Positions 17,223 through 26,133 of a stretch of DNA of 40,176 nucleotides are shown piece by piece. Each line of letters opens with the position of its first letter. Position 1 is the first letter of the stretch. This DNA comes from Escherichia phage EmilieLinder_Bas103. A program made the translations under genes and the position numbers. The notes under the pieces were generated by a model, which saw only the letters and a list, made by a program, of their open reading frames with translations, was not told the DNA's origin and searched no databases. The stretch lies in sequence record PQ850602.1. The stretch is one strand, 5' to 3'.

Positions 17223-17630
17223 ATGCGTGACCCTAAAGTTATCCAAGCAGAAATCGCTAAGTTGGAAGCTGAACTGGAGGACGTTAAGTACCATGAGGCC
17301 AAGACACGCTCCGCTGTTCATATCTTGAAGAACTTAGGCTGGACTTGGACAAGACAGACTGGCTGGAAGAAACCAGAAGTCACCAAGCTGAGCCACAAGG
17401 TGTTCGATAAGGACACTATGACCCACATCAAGGCTGGTGATTGGGTTAATGTTGACACTGGGGCCATCGCTCGTTATGGCTACGTCCGTAGATTGATAGG
17501 TAAGATTGCTCACGTATCATACATCACAGGTGTAACTCCACGAGGTGCAATAGTTGAGGATAGTGCCCACCAGTTTCATACAAACTTCTTGACAGTTGTC
17601 TCGTATGAAGAGATTGTTAAGTCACGATAA
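17223..17630 (+). CDS. 4.7: gp4.7-like protein
   Basis: 135-aa ORF MRDPKVIQAEIAKLEAELEDVKYHEAK...; matches T7 gp4.7. Confidence 0.85.
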   Translation: MRDPKVIQAEIAKLEAELEDVKYHEAKTRSAVHILKNLGWTWTRQTGWKKPEVTKLSHKVFDKDTMTHIKAGDWVNVDTGAIARYGYVRRLIGKIAHVSYITGVTPRGAIVEDSAHQFHTNFLTVVSYEEIVKSR

Positions 17631-17648
17631 TCAATAGGAGAAATCAAT

Positions 17649-19607
17649 ATGATCGTTTCTGACATCGAAGCTAACGCCCTCTTAGAGAGCGTCACTAAGT
17701 TCCACTGCGGGGTTATCTACGACTACTCCACCGCTGAGTACGTAAGCTACCGTCCGAGTGACTTCGGTGCGTATCTGGATGCGCTGGAAGCCGAGGTTGC
17801 ACGAGGCGGTCTTATTGTGTTCCACAACGGTCACAAGTATGACGTGCCTGCATTGACCAAACTGGCAAAGTTGCAATTGAACCGAGAGTTCCACCTTCCT
17901 CGTGAGAACTGTATTGACACCCTTGTGCTGTCACGCTTGATTCACTCTAACCTGAAAGACACCGATATTGGTCTCCTGCGTTCCGGTAAGTTGCCGGGGA
18001 ACCGCTTTGGGTCTCACGCTTTGGAGGCGTGGGGTTATCGCTTAGGCGAAATGAAGGGTGAATACAAGGACGACTTTAAGCGTATGCTTGAAGAGCAAGG
18101 TGAAGAATACATTGATGGAATGGAGTGGTGGAACTTCAACGAAGAGATGATGGCCTATAACGTTCAGGACGTTGTGGTCACTAAAACTCTCCTTGAGAAG
18201 CTACTCTCTGACAAACATTACTTCCCTCCTGAGATTGACTTTACGGACGTAGGATACACTACGTTCTGGTCAGAATCCCTTGAGGCCGTTGACGTTGAAC
18301 ATCGTGCTGCATGGCTGCTCGCTAAGCAAGAGCGCAATGGGTTCCCGTTTGACACGAAAGCAATCGAAGAGTTGTACGTAGAGTTAGCTGCTCGCCGCTC
18401 TGAGTTGCTCCGTAAATTGACCGAAACGTTCGGCTCGTGGTATCAGCCTAAAGGTGGCACCGAAATGTTCTGCCATCCGAGGACTGGTAAGCCATTGCCT
18501 AAATACCCTCGCATTAAGATACCTAAAGTTGGTGGTATCTTTAAGAAGCCTAAGAACAAGGCACAGCGAGAAGGCCGTGAGCCTTGCGAACTGGACACCC
18601 GCGAGTACGTTGCTGGTGCTCCTTATACGCCAGTTGAGCACGTAGTGTTTAACCCATCGTCTCGTGACCACATTCAGAAGAAACTCCAAGAGGCTGGGTG
18701 GGTCCCCACGAAGTACACCGATAATGGTGCGCCTGTGGTGGACGATGAGGTACTCGAAGGAGTACGTGTAGATGACCCTGAGAAGCAAGCTGCCATCGAC
18801 CTCATTAAAGAGTACCTGATGATTCAGAAGCGAATCGGACAGTCTGCTGAGGGAGACAAGGCGTGGCTTCGTTACGTTGCTGAGGACGGTAAGATTCATG
18901 GTTCTGTTAATCCCAACGGCGCTGTTACTGGGCGCGCTACTCACGCTTTCCCTAACCTCGCACAAGTACCCGGTGTCCGTTCTCCTTATGGTGATAAGTG
19001 CCGCGCTGCTTTTGGCGCTGAACATCACCTAGACGGTATTACTGGTAAGCCTTGGGTTCAGGCTGGCATCGACGCATCCGGTCTGGAGCTACGCTGCTTG
19101 GCCCACTTCATGGCTCGCTTTGATAACGGTGAGTACGCTAGAGAGATTCTTCATGGCGACATCCACACTAAAAACCAGCTAGCTGCTGAATTACCTACCC
19201 GTGATAACGCAAAGACGTTCATCTATGGGTTCCTCTATGGTGCTGGCGATGAGAAGATTGGGCAGATTGTTGGTGCTGGTAAAGAGCGCGGTAAGGAACT
19301 CAAGAAGAAATTCCTTGAGAACACCCCCGCGATTGCAGCACTCCGCGAGTCTATCCAACAGACGCTTGTCGAGTCCTCTCAGTGGGTAGCTGGTGAGCAA
19401 CAAGTCAAGTGGAAACGCCGCTGGATTAAAGGTCTGGATGGTCGTAAGGTACACGTTCGTAGTCCTCACGCTGCCTTGAATACACTACTGCAATCTGCTG
19501 GTGCTCTTATCTGCAAACTGTGGATTATCAAGACCGAAGAGATGCTAGTAGAGAAAGGCTTGAAGCATGGCTGGGATGGGGACTTTGCGTACATGGCATG
19601 GGTGCAT
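17649..19607 (+). CDS. 5: DNA polymerase (gp5), exon 1 (codons 1-653, ends ...FAYMAWVH)
   Basis: Near-identical to T7 DNA polymerase residues 1-653 incl. exonuclease motifs and thioredoxin-binding region; reading frame is broken after His653 (motif C HDE) by an inserted element. Confidence 0.93.
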
Positions 19608-20208
19608 AAACTATCTCATTGTGCACATTAAATCTGGTGAACTCGGTGAAACCCTTCTGGGGCAATACCGAGCCAAGCCATAGGGAGGATATATGAGAGG
19701 CAAGAAGTTAATCCTTGCGGCCACAGAGAGTGGTTGTATCATCCCTACGTCGCACAAACTTAATGCTGATGGTTATTTCCGAAAGAAGACGAACGGTGTC
19801 CTAGAGATGTATCACAGGACAGTCTGGAAGGAACACTACGGAGATATACCAGAAGGGTATGAAGTAGACCACAAGTGTAGGAACAGGGCGTGCTGTAACG
19901 TAGAGCACCTCCGGTTACTAGAAGGTTCTGAGCATACAGTCAAGACAAACAGGGAACGCTACGCTGACCGTAAAGAGTCCGCGAAGGAATACTGGTTGGA
20001 GACTGGATGTACAGGGACACACTTAGGTGAGAAGTTTGGTGTAACGTTCTCTGCCGCTTGTAAGTGGATTAGAGAGTGGAAGGCGTAGAGACTATCCGAA
20101 AGGAGTAGGGCCGAGGGTGAGATTCCCTCGTTACCCGAAGCGCCAGACAGTCAACTCAAAGGCTGATGATATAGTCCGACACTCCTAGTAATGGGAGAAT
20201 ACAGAAAG
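19608..20208 (+). mobile_element. Group I intron (601 nt) in DNA polymerase gene 5, carrying an HNH homing endonuclease ORF
   Basis: Insertion exactly between codons His653 and Asp654 of an otherwise T7-colinear gp5; 5' exon ends in U, intron ends in G; intron GUGCAC (19621-19626) can pair with exon GUGCAU to form P1; 601 nt restores frame. Confidence 0.85.
19693..20088 (+). CDS. Intron-encoded HNH homing endonuclease (131 aa)
   Basis: Strong RBS gggagg 6 nt upstream; HNH motif EVDHKCRNRACCNVEHLRLLEGSEHTVKTN; C-terminal helix-turn-helix-like region. Confidence 0.85.
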   Translation: MRGKKLILAATESGCIIPTSHKLNADGYFRKKTNGVLEMYHRTVWKEHYGDIPEGYEVDHKCRNRACCNVEHLRLLEGSEHTVKTNRERYADRKESAKEYWLETGCTGTHLGEKFGVTFSAACKWIREWKA

Positions 20209-20364
20209 GATGAGATTCAAGTAGGTTGCCGTACCGAAGAGATTGCTCAGGTGGTCATTGATACCGCACAAGAAGCAATGCGCTGGGTTGGAGACCACTG
20301 GAACTTCCGGTGTCTTCTGGATACCGAAGGTAAGATTGGTCCTAACTGGGCCGTATGTCACTGA
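20209..20364 (+). CDS. 5: DNA polymerase (gp5), exon 2 (codons 654-704, DEIQVGCRTEEIAQVV...GPNWAVCH)
   Basis: Matches T7 gp5 C-terminus; joins exon 1 in frame once 19608-20208 is removed, giving 704 aa as in T7. Confidence 0.9.
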   Translation, partial: DEIQVGCRTEEIAQVVIDTAQEAMRWVGDHWNFRCLLDTEGKIGPNWAVCH

Positions 20365-20383
20365 TACTATAGGAGAAATTATT

Positions 20384-20686
20384 ATGGCTATCACCAAGAA
20401 ATTTAAAGTGTCCTTTGATGTTACCGCTGTAATTACTAGTGAAGGTGAACGAAACCTACAAGACTACGTCATGCGAGTTGCCAAGGCAGTAGCCGCTGGT
20501 GAACAAGTTGATGACTTTAAGAAAGAGTTGCTTGTCCAAGCGTTGACGAATGGTCCTGAGGGCCTCGCTACGTTCCTGATTAAGCATGGACTTCGCTCCT
20601 TCGTTAAGGATAGCTACAATGACATGAGCGAGTCTGAGCGTAAACTGATTCGACTCTCTCCTGCAACTGTACGGGAGGTGTTCTGA
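20384..20686 (+). CDS. 5.5: gp5.5-like protein (T7 gp5.5 binds host H-NS); divergent core
   Basis: 100-aa ORF MAITKKFKVSFDVTA... ...SPATVREVF with RBS aggaga; termini match T7 gp5.5, middle differs; ORF track starts in gene 5 exon 2 at 20243. Confidence 0.8.
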   Translation: MAITKKFKVSFDVTAVITSEGERNLQDYVMRVAKAVAAGEQVDDFKKELLVQALTNGPEGLATFLIKHGLRSFVKDSYNDMSESERKLIRLSPATVREVF

Positions 20687-20895
20687 TGTCTGACTACTTG
20701 AAAGTGCTGCAAGCAATCAAAAGTTGCCCTAAGACTTTCCAGTCCAACTATGTACGGAACAATGCGAGCCTCGTAGCGGAGGCCGCTTCCCGTGGTCACA
20801 TCTCATGCCTGACCACAAGTGGACGTAACGGTGGTGCTTGGGAAATCACTGCTTCTGGTACTCGCTTTCTTAAACGAATGGGAGGGTGTGTATAA
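20686..20895 (+). CDS. 5.7: gp5.7-like protein
   Basis: 69-aa ORF MSDYLKVLQAIKSCPKTFQSNYVRNNASLVAEAASRGH..., near-identical to T7 gp5.7. Confidence 0.9.
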   Translation: MSDYLKVLQAIKSCPKTFQSNYVRNNASLVAEAASRGHISCLTTSGRNGGAWEITASGTRFLKRMGGCV

Positions 20896-21053
20896 TGCCT
20901 AGCGACCTTGTGACTATTCCTCGCGATGTGTGGAACGATATGCAGGGCTACATCGACTCTCTTGAACGTGAGAACGATAGCCTTAAGAATCAACTAATGG
21001 AAGCTGACGAATACGTGGCTGAGCTAGAGGAGAAACTTAATGGCGCTTCTTGA
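20895..21053 (+). CDS. 5.9: gp5.9-like protein (T7 gp5.9 inhibits RecBCD)
   Basis: 52-aa ORF MPSDLVTIPRDVWNDMQGYIDSLERENDSLKNQLMEADEYVAELEEKLNGAS; start overlaps 5.7 stop; matches T7 gp5.9. Confidence 0.85.
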   Translation: MPSDLVTIPRDVWNDMQGYIDSLERENDSLKNQLMEADEYVAELEEKLNGAS

Positions 21054-21942
21054 CCTTAAACAATTCTACGAGTTACGTGAAGGCTGTGACGACAAGGGTA
21101 TCCTTGTGATGGATGGAGACTGGCTGGTCTTCCAAGCGATGAGTGCTGCTGAGTTTGATGCCTCATGGGAGGAAGAGATTTGGCACCGCTGCTGTGACCA
21201 CGCTAAGGCACGTCAGATTCTTGATGATTCCATTAAGTCCTATGAGACCCGTAAGAAGGCTTGGGTAGGTGCTCCGATTGTACTTGCGTTCACCGATAGT
21301 GTTAACTGGCGTAAAGAACTGGTTGACCCGAACTACAAGGCTAACCGTAAGGCCGCTAAGAAGCCTGTAGGTTACTTTGAGTTCCTTGATGCCCTCTTTG
21401 AGCGAGAAGAGTTCTATTGCATCCGTGAGCCTATGCTTGAGGGTGATGACGTTATGGGAGTTATTGCTTCCAATCCGTCTGCCTTCGGTGCTCGTAAGGC
21501 GGTAATCATCTCGTGCGATAAGGACTTTAAGACCATCCCTAACTGTGACTTCCTGTGGTGTACCACTGGTAACATCCTGACTCAGACCGAAGAGTCCGCT
21601 GACTGGTGGCACCTCTTCCAGACAATCAAAGGTGACATCACCGATGGTTACTCAGGGATTGCCGGATGGGGTGATACCGCCGAGGACTTCTTGAATAACC
21701 CGTTCATAGTCGAGCCTAAAACGTCTGTGCTTAAGTCTGGCAAGAACAAAGGCCAAGAGGTTACTAAATGGGTTAAACGCGACCCTGAGCCTCATGAGAC
21801 GCTTTGGGACTGCATTAAGTCCATTGGCGCTAAGGCTGGTATGACCGAAGAGGATATTATCAAGCAGGGCCAGCTGGCTCGCATCCTTCGGTTCAACGAG
21901 TACAACTTTATTGACAAGGAGATTTACCTGTGGAGACCGTAG
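21040..21942 (+). CDS. 6: 5'-3' exonuclease (gp6)
   Basis: 300-aa ORF near-identical to T7 gp6; overlaps 5.9 end. Confidence 0.96.
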   Translation: MALLDLKQFYELREGCDDKGILVMDGDWLVFQAMSAAEFDASWEEEIWHRCCDHAKARQILDDSIKSYETRKKAWVGAPIVLAFTDSVNWRKELVDPNYKANRKAAKKPVGYFEFLDALFEREEFYCIREPMLEGDDVMGVIASNPSAFGARKAVIISCDKDFKTIPNCDFLWCTTGNILTQTEESADWWHLFQTIKGDITDGYSGIAGWGDTAEDFLNNPFIVEPKTSVLKSGKNKGQEVTKWVKRDPEPHETLWDCIKSIGAKAGMTEEDIIKQGQLARILRFNEYNFIDKEIYLWRP

Positions 21943-22043
21943 CGTATATTGGTCTTGGTCTTTGTGGTCTCGGAGTGTGCCTCATTTCGTGGGGCCTTTT
22001 GGACTTAGCCAGAATAATCAAGTCGTTACACGACACTAAGTGA
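21930..22043 (+). CDS. 6.3: gp6.3-like small protein
   Basis: 37-aa ORF (GTG start) METVAYIGLGLCGLGVCLISWGLLDLARIIKSLHDTK overlapping gene 6 stop; T7 gp6.3 is 37 aa. Confidence 0.55.
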   Translation: METVAYIGLGLCGLGVCLISWGLLDLARIIKSLHDTK

Positions 22044-22106
22044 TAAACTCAAGGTCCCTAAATTAATACGACTCACTATAGGGAGATAGGGGCCTTTATG
22101 ATTATT
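22041..22106 (+). promoter_or_regulatory. RNase III processing hairpin R6.5 (encloses phi6.5)
   Basis: GATAAACTCAAGGTCCC...GGGGCCTTTATGATTAT arms flank the promoter. Confidence 0.5.
22064..22086 (+). promoter_or_regulatory. T7 RNAP promoter phi6.5 (class III)
   Basis: TAATACGACTCACTATAGGGAGA, perfect consensus. Confidence 0.9.
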
Positions 22107-22140
22107 ACTTTAAGATTTAACTCTAAGAGGAATCTTTATC

Positions 22141-22395
22141 ATGTTAACACCTATTAACCAATTACTTAAGAACCCTAATGATGTTCCAGACGTGCCTCGT
22201 GCAACCGCTGAGTATCTACAGGTTCGATTCAACTATGCGTATCTCGAAGCGTCTGGTCATATAGGACTTATGCGTGCTAATGGTTGTAGTGAAGCCCACA
22301 TCTTGGGTTTCATTCAGGGCCTACAGTATGCCTCTAACGTCATTGATGAGATTGAGTTACGCAAGGAACAACTAAGAGATGATGGGGAGGATTGA
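22141..22395 (+). CDS. 6.5: gp6.5-like protein
   Basis: 84-aa [36 protein letters not shown]...; matches T7 gp6.5. Confidence 0.88.
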   Translation: MLTPINQLLKNPNDVPDVPRATAEYLQVRFNYAYLEASGHIGLMRANGCSEAHILGFIQGLQYASNVIDEIELRKEQLRDDGED

Positions 22396-22399
22396 CCTT

Positions 22400-22666
22400 A
22401 TGTGTTTCTCACCGAAAGTTAAAGTTCCGAAGATGGATACCAATCAGATTCGAGCCGTTGAGCCAGCGCCTCTGACCAAAGAAGTGTCAAGCGTGGAGTT
22501 CGGTGGGTCCTCTGATGAGACGGATACCGAAGGAACCGAAGTGTCTGGACGCAAAGACCTCAAGGTCGAACGCGACGATTCCGTAGCGAAGTCTAAAGCC
22601 AGTGGTACTGGTTCCGCTCGTATGAAATCTTCAATCCGTAAGTCCGCATTTGGAGGTAAGAAGTGA
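22400..22666 (+). CDS. 6.7: gp6.7-like virion protein
   Basis: 88-aa ORF MCFSPKVKVPKMDTNQIRAVEPAPLTKEV...; matches T7 gp6.7; ORF track starts at 22379. Confidence 0.85.
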   Translation: MCFSPKVKVPKMDTNQIRAVEPAPLTKEVSSVEFGGSSDETDTEGTEVSGRKDLKVERDDSVAKSKASGTGSARMKSSIRKSAFGGKK

Positions 22667-23067
22667 TGTCTGAGTTCACATGTGTGGAGGCTAAGAGTCG
22701 CTTCCGTGCAATCCGGTGGACTGTGGAACACCTTGGGTTGCCTAAGGGATTTGAAGGACACTTCATAGGTTACAGCCTCTACGTGGATGAAGTAATGGAT
22801 ATGTCTGGTTGTCGTGAAGAGTACATTCTGGACTCTACCGGAAAACATGTAGCGTACTTCGCGTGGTGCGTAAGCTGTGACATTCACCACAAGGGAGACA
22901 TTCTGGACGTTACGTCAGTTGTTATTAATCCTGAGGCAGACTCTAGGGGCTTACAGCGATTCCTAGCGAAACGCTTTAAGTACCTTGCAGAACTCCACGA
23001 TTGCGATTGGGTGTCTCGTTGTAAGCATGAAGGCGAGACAATGCGTGTATACTTTAAGGAGGTATAA
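22666..23067 (+). CDS. 7: gp7-like protein (T7 host-range protein gp7)
   Basis: 133-aa ORF MSEFTCVEAKSRFRAIRWTVEHLGLPKGF...; start overlaps 6.7 stop; matches T7 gp7. Confidence 0.88.
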   Translation: MSEFTCVEAKSRFRAIRWTVEHLGLPKGFEGHFIGYSLYVDEVMDMSGCREEYILDSTGKHVAYFAWCVSCDIHHKGDILDVTSVVINPEADSRGLQRFLAKRFKYLAELHDCDWVSRCKHEGETMRVYFKEV

Positions 23068-23070
23068 GTT

Positions 23071-23391
23071 ATGGGTAAGAAAGTTAAGAAGGTAGTGAAG
23101 AAAGTCACCAAGCCAGTTACGAAAGCTGTGAAGAAAGTTACCAAGGAAGTGACTCGTCCTATTAAACAGGTCGCTGGTGCGCTGGCAGGTGGTGCTGGTG
23201 AAGCACAGGTGGTTGAAGTTCCACAACCAACAGCCGCTGCTACTCCTGCTGCACAAATTGTTGACGTACCTGAGAAAGAGGTTTCCACTGAGGACGAAGC
23301 ACAGACCGAAAGCGGACGCAAGAAAGCTCGTTCTGGCGGTAAGAAGTCCTTGAGTGTAGCCCGTAGCTCCGGTGGCGGCATCAACATTTAA
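23071..23391 (+). CDS. 7.3: gp7.3-like tail-associated virion protein
   Basis: 106-aa Lys/Ala/Val-rich ORF MGKKVKKVVKKVTKPVTKAVKK...; matches T7 gp7.3. Confidence 0.88.
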   Translation: MGKKVKKVVKKVTKPVTKAVKKVTKEVTRPIKQVAGALAGGAGEAQVVEVPQPTAAATPAAQIVDVPEKEVSTEDEAQTESGRKKARSGGKKSLSVARSSGGGINI

Positions 23392-23405
23392 TCAGGAGGT
23401 GACAC

Positions 23406-25016
23406 ATGGCTGAGAAGCGTACAGGTCTAGCCGAGGAAGGCGCAAAGTCGGTCTATGAGCGATTAAAGAACGACCGTGCTCCTTATGAGACTCGTGCCCA
23501 AAACTGCGCTCAGTACACCATTCCGTCCCTCTTCCCAAAGGATTCCGATAACTCATCCACAGACTACACAACTCCGTGGCAAGCTGTGGGTGCTCGCGGT
23601 CTCAATAACTTGGCCTCCAAGCTCATGCTGGCTCTCTTCCCGATGCAAACGTGGATGAAACTTACCATCTCTGAGTATGAGGCCAAACAGTTACTGAACG
23701 ACCCCGATGGACTCGCTAAGGTCGATGAGGGTCTCTCGATGGTAGAGCGTATCATCATGAACTACATTGAGTCTAACAGCTACCGAGTGACTCTCTTTGA
23801 GGCTCTCAAACAGTTAGTCGTAGCGGGTAACGTCCTGCTGTACCTACCGGAGCCGGAAGGGTCAAACTATAATCCCATGAAGCTGTACCGATTGTCTTCT
23901 TATGTGGTCCAACGAGACGCATTCGGCAACGTTCTGCAAATGGTGACTCGTGACCAGATAGCTTTTGGTGCTCTCCCTGAGGACATCCGTAAGGCTGTAG
24001 AAGGTCAAGGTGGTGAGAAGAAACCTGATGAGACCATTGATGTGTACACTCACATCTACTTGGACGAAGAGTCAGACGAATATCTCCGCTACGAAGAGGT
24101 TGAAGGTATGGAGATACAAGGCTCCGATGGGGCGTATCCTAAAGATGCTTGCCCATACATCCCGATTCGAATGGTTCGTCTGGACGGTGAATCCTACGGT
24201 CGTTCGTACATTGAGGAATACTTAGGTGACTTACGGTCCCTTGAGAATCTCCAAGAGGCTATCGTCAAGATGTCCATGATTAGCTCTAAGGTTATCGGCT
24301 TAGTGAATCCTGCTGGTATCACCCAGCCACGCCGACTGACCAAAGCTCAGACTGGTGACTTCGTTACTGGTCGTCCAGAAGACATCTCGTTCCTCCAACT
24401 GGAGAAGCAAGCAGACTTTACTGTAGCCAAGGCTGTAAGTGACGCTATTGAGGCTCGACTTTCGTTTGCCTTTATGTTGAACTCTGCGGTTCAGCGCACA
24501 GGTGAACGTGTGACCGCCGAAGAGATTCGGTATGTCGCTTCTGAACTTGAAGATACTTTAGGTGGTGTCTACTCTATCCTTTCTCAAGAATTACAATTGC
24601 CTCTGGTACGAGTGCTCTTGAAGCAACTACAAGCCACGCAACAGATTCCTGAGTTACCTAAGGAAGCAGTAGAGCCAACCATTAGTACAGGTCTGGAAGC
24701 AATCGGTCGTGGTCAAGACCTTGATAAGCTGGAGCGTTGTGTCGCTGCGTGGGCTGCTCTTGCTCCTATGCGTGATGACCCTGACATCAACCTTGCGATG
24801 ATTAAGTTGCGCATTGCGAACGCTATCGGCATTGACACTTCTGGTATCCTTCTTACCGAAGAACAGAAGCAACAGAAGATGGCTCAGCAGTCTATGCAAA
24901 TGGGTATGGATAGTGGTGCTGCTGCGCTTGGTCAAGGTATGGCTGCACAGGCTACGGCTTCACCTGAGGCTATGGTTGCTGCTGCTGATTCCGTAGGTTT
25001 ACAGCCTGGCATTTAA
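23406..25016 (+). CDS. 8: Portal (head-tail connector) protein (gp8)
   Basis: 536-aa ORF near-identical to T7 gp8. Confidence 0.97.
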   Translation: MAEKRTGLAEEGAKSVYERLKNDRAPYETRAQNCAQYTIPSLFPKDSDNSSTDYTTPWQAVGARGLNNLASKLMLALFPMQTWMKLTISEYEAKQLLNDPDGLAKVDEGLSMVERIIMNYIESNSYRVTLFEALKQLVVAGNVLLYLPEPEGSNYNPMKLYRLSSYVVQRDAFGNVLQMVTRDQIAFGALPEDIRKAVEGQGGEKKPDETIDVYTHIYLDEESDEYLRYEEVEGMEIQGSDGAYPKDACPYIPIRMVRLDGESYGRSYIEEYLGDLRSLENLQEAIVKMSMISSKVIGLVNPAGITQPRRLTKAQTGDFVTGRPEDISFLQLEKQADFTVAKAVSDAIEARLSFAFMLNSAVQRTGERVTAEEIRYVASELEDTLGGVYSILSQELQLPLVRVLLKQLQATQQIPELPKEAVEPTISTGLEAIGRGQDLDKLERCVAAWAALAPMRDDPDINLAMIKLRIANAIGIDTSGILLTEEQKQQKMAQQSMQMGMDSGAAALGQGMAAQATASPEAMVAAADSVGLQPGI

Positions 25017-25036
25017 TACGACTCACTATAGGGAGA
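25014..25036 (+). promoter_or_regulatory. T7 RNAP promoter phi9 (class III)
   Basis: TAATACGACTCACTATAGGGAGA overlapping gene 8 stop. Confidence 0.9.
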
Positions 25037-25115
25037 CCTCATCTTTGAAATGAGAGATGGCAAGAGGTTGGAGTCCTCGGTCTTCCTGTAGTTCAACTTT
25101 AAGGAGACAATAATA

Positions 25116-26039
25116 ATGGCTGAATCTAATGCAGACGTATATGCATCTTTTGGCGTGAACTCCGCTGTGATGTCTGGTGGTTCCATTGAGGAACATGAAC
25201 AGAACATGCTGGCTCTTGATGTTGCTGCCCGTGATGGCGATGATGCAATCGAGTTAGCGTCCGACGAAGTGGAAACAGAACGTGACCTGTATGACAACTC
25301 TGACCCGTTCGGTCAAGAGGATGACGAAGGTCGCATTCAGGTTCGTATTGGCGATGGCTCTGAGCCGACCGATGTGGACACTGGTGAAGAAGGCTTTGAG
25401 GACACCGAAGGTTCCGAAGAGTTTACACCGCTGGGTGAGACTCCAGAAGAACTGGTAGCTGCCTCTGAGCAACTTGGTGAGCACGAAGAGGGCTTCCAAG
25501 AGATGATTAACATTGCTGCCGAGCGTGGTATGAGCGCCGAGACCATCGAGGCCATCCAGCGTGAGTACGAGGAGAACGAAGAGTTGTCCGCTGAGTCCTA
25601 CGCTAAGCTGGCTGAAATTGGCTACACTAAGGCTTTCATTGACTCGTACATTCGTGGTCAAGAAGCTCTGGTGGAGCAGTATGTAAACAGTGTCATTGAG
25701 TACGCTGGTGGTCGTGAACGTTTTGATGCACTGTATAATCACCTTGAGACGCACAACCCTGAGGCTGCACAGTCGCTGGACAATGCGTTGACCAATCGGG
25801 ACTTAGCGACCGTTAAGGCTATCATCAACTTGGCTGGTGAGTCTCGCGCTAAGGCGTTCGGTCGTAAGCCAACTCGTAGTGTGACTAATCGTGCTATTCC
25901 GGCTAAACCTCAGGCTACCAAGCGTGAAGGCTTTGCGGACCGTAGCGAGATGATTAAAGCTATGAGTGACCCTCGGTATCGCACAGATGCCAACTATCGT
26001 CGTCAAGTCGAACAGAAAGTAATCGACTCGAACTTCTGA
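25116..26039 (+). CDS. 9: Capsid assembly scaffolding protein (gp9)
   Basis: 307-aa acidic ORF near-identical to T7 gp9. Confidence 0.96.
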   Translation: MAESNADVYASFGVNSAVMSGGSIEEHEQNMLALDVAARDGDDAIELASDEVETERDLYDNSDPFGQEDDEGRIQVRIGDGSEPTDVDTGEEGFEDTEGSEEFTPLGETPEELVAASEQLGEHEEGFQEMINIAAERGMSAETIEAIQREYEENEELSAESYAKLAEIGYTKAFIDSYIRGQEALVEQYVNSVIEYAGGRERFDALYNHLETHNPEAAQSLDNALTNRDLATVKAIINLAGESRAKAFGRKPTRSVTNRAIPAKPQATKREGFADRSEMIKAMSDPRYRTDANYRRQVEQKVIDSNF

Positions 26040-26052
26040 TAGACTCTGAAAT

Positions 26053-26075
26053 TAATACGACTCACTATAGGGAGA
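26053..26075 (+). promoter_or_regulatory. T7 RNAP promoter phi10 (class III) with gene 10 leader
   Basis: TAATACGACTCACTATAGGGAGA followed by the familiar leader GGTTTCCCTCTAGAAAT...TTTAACTTTAAGAAGGAGA. Confidence 0.92.
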
Positions 26076-26133
26076 CCACAACGGTTTCCCTCTAGAAATC
26101 ATTCTTGTTTAACTTTAAGAAGGAGACATACAC

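Noticed and set aside
17649-19631. Truncated (660-aa) DNA polymerase pseudogene as given by the ORF track
   Set aside because: The C-terminal 51 residues are intact and in frame after removal of exactly 601 nt, and the polymerase is essential; interpreted as an intron-split functional gene.
19608-20208. Intein in DNA polymerase
   Set aside because: The insertion contains in-frame stop codons right after the exon and an independently initiated ORF with its own RBS; U/G intron boundaries and a P1 pairing fit a group I intron, not a protein-splicing element.
20243-20686. 147-aa ORF from the ORF track
   Set aside because: Its 5' third overlaps gene 5 exon 2 in another frame; the real gene is the gp5.5 homolog starting at ATG 20384 with a proper RBS.
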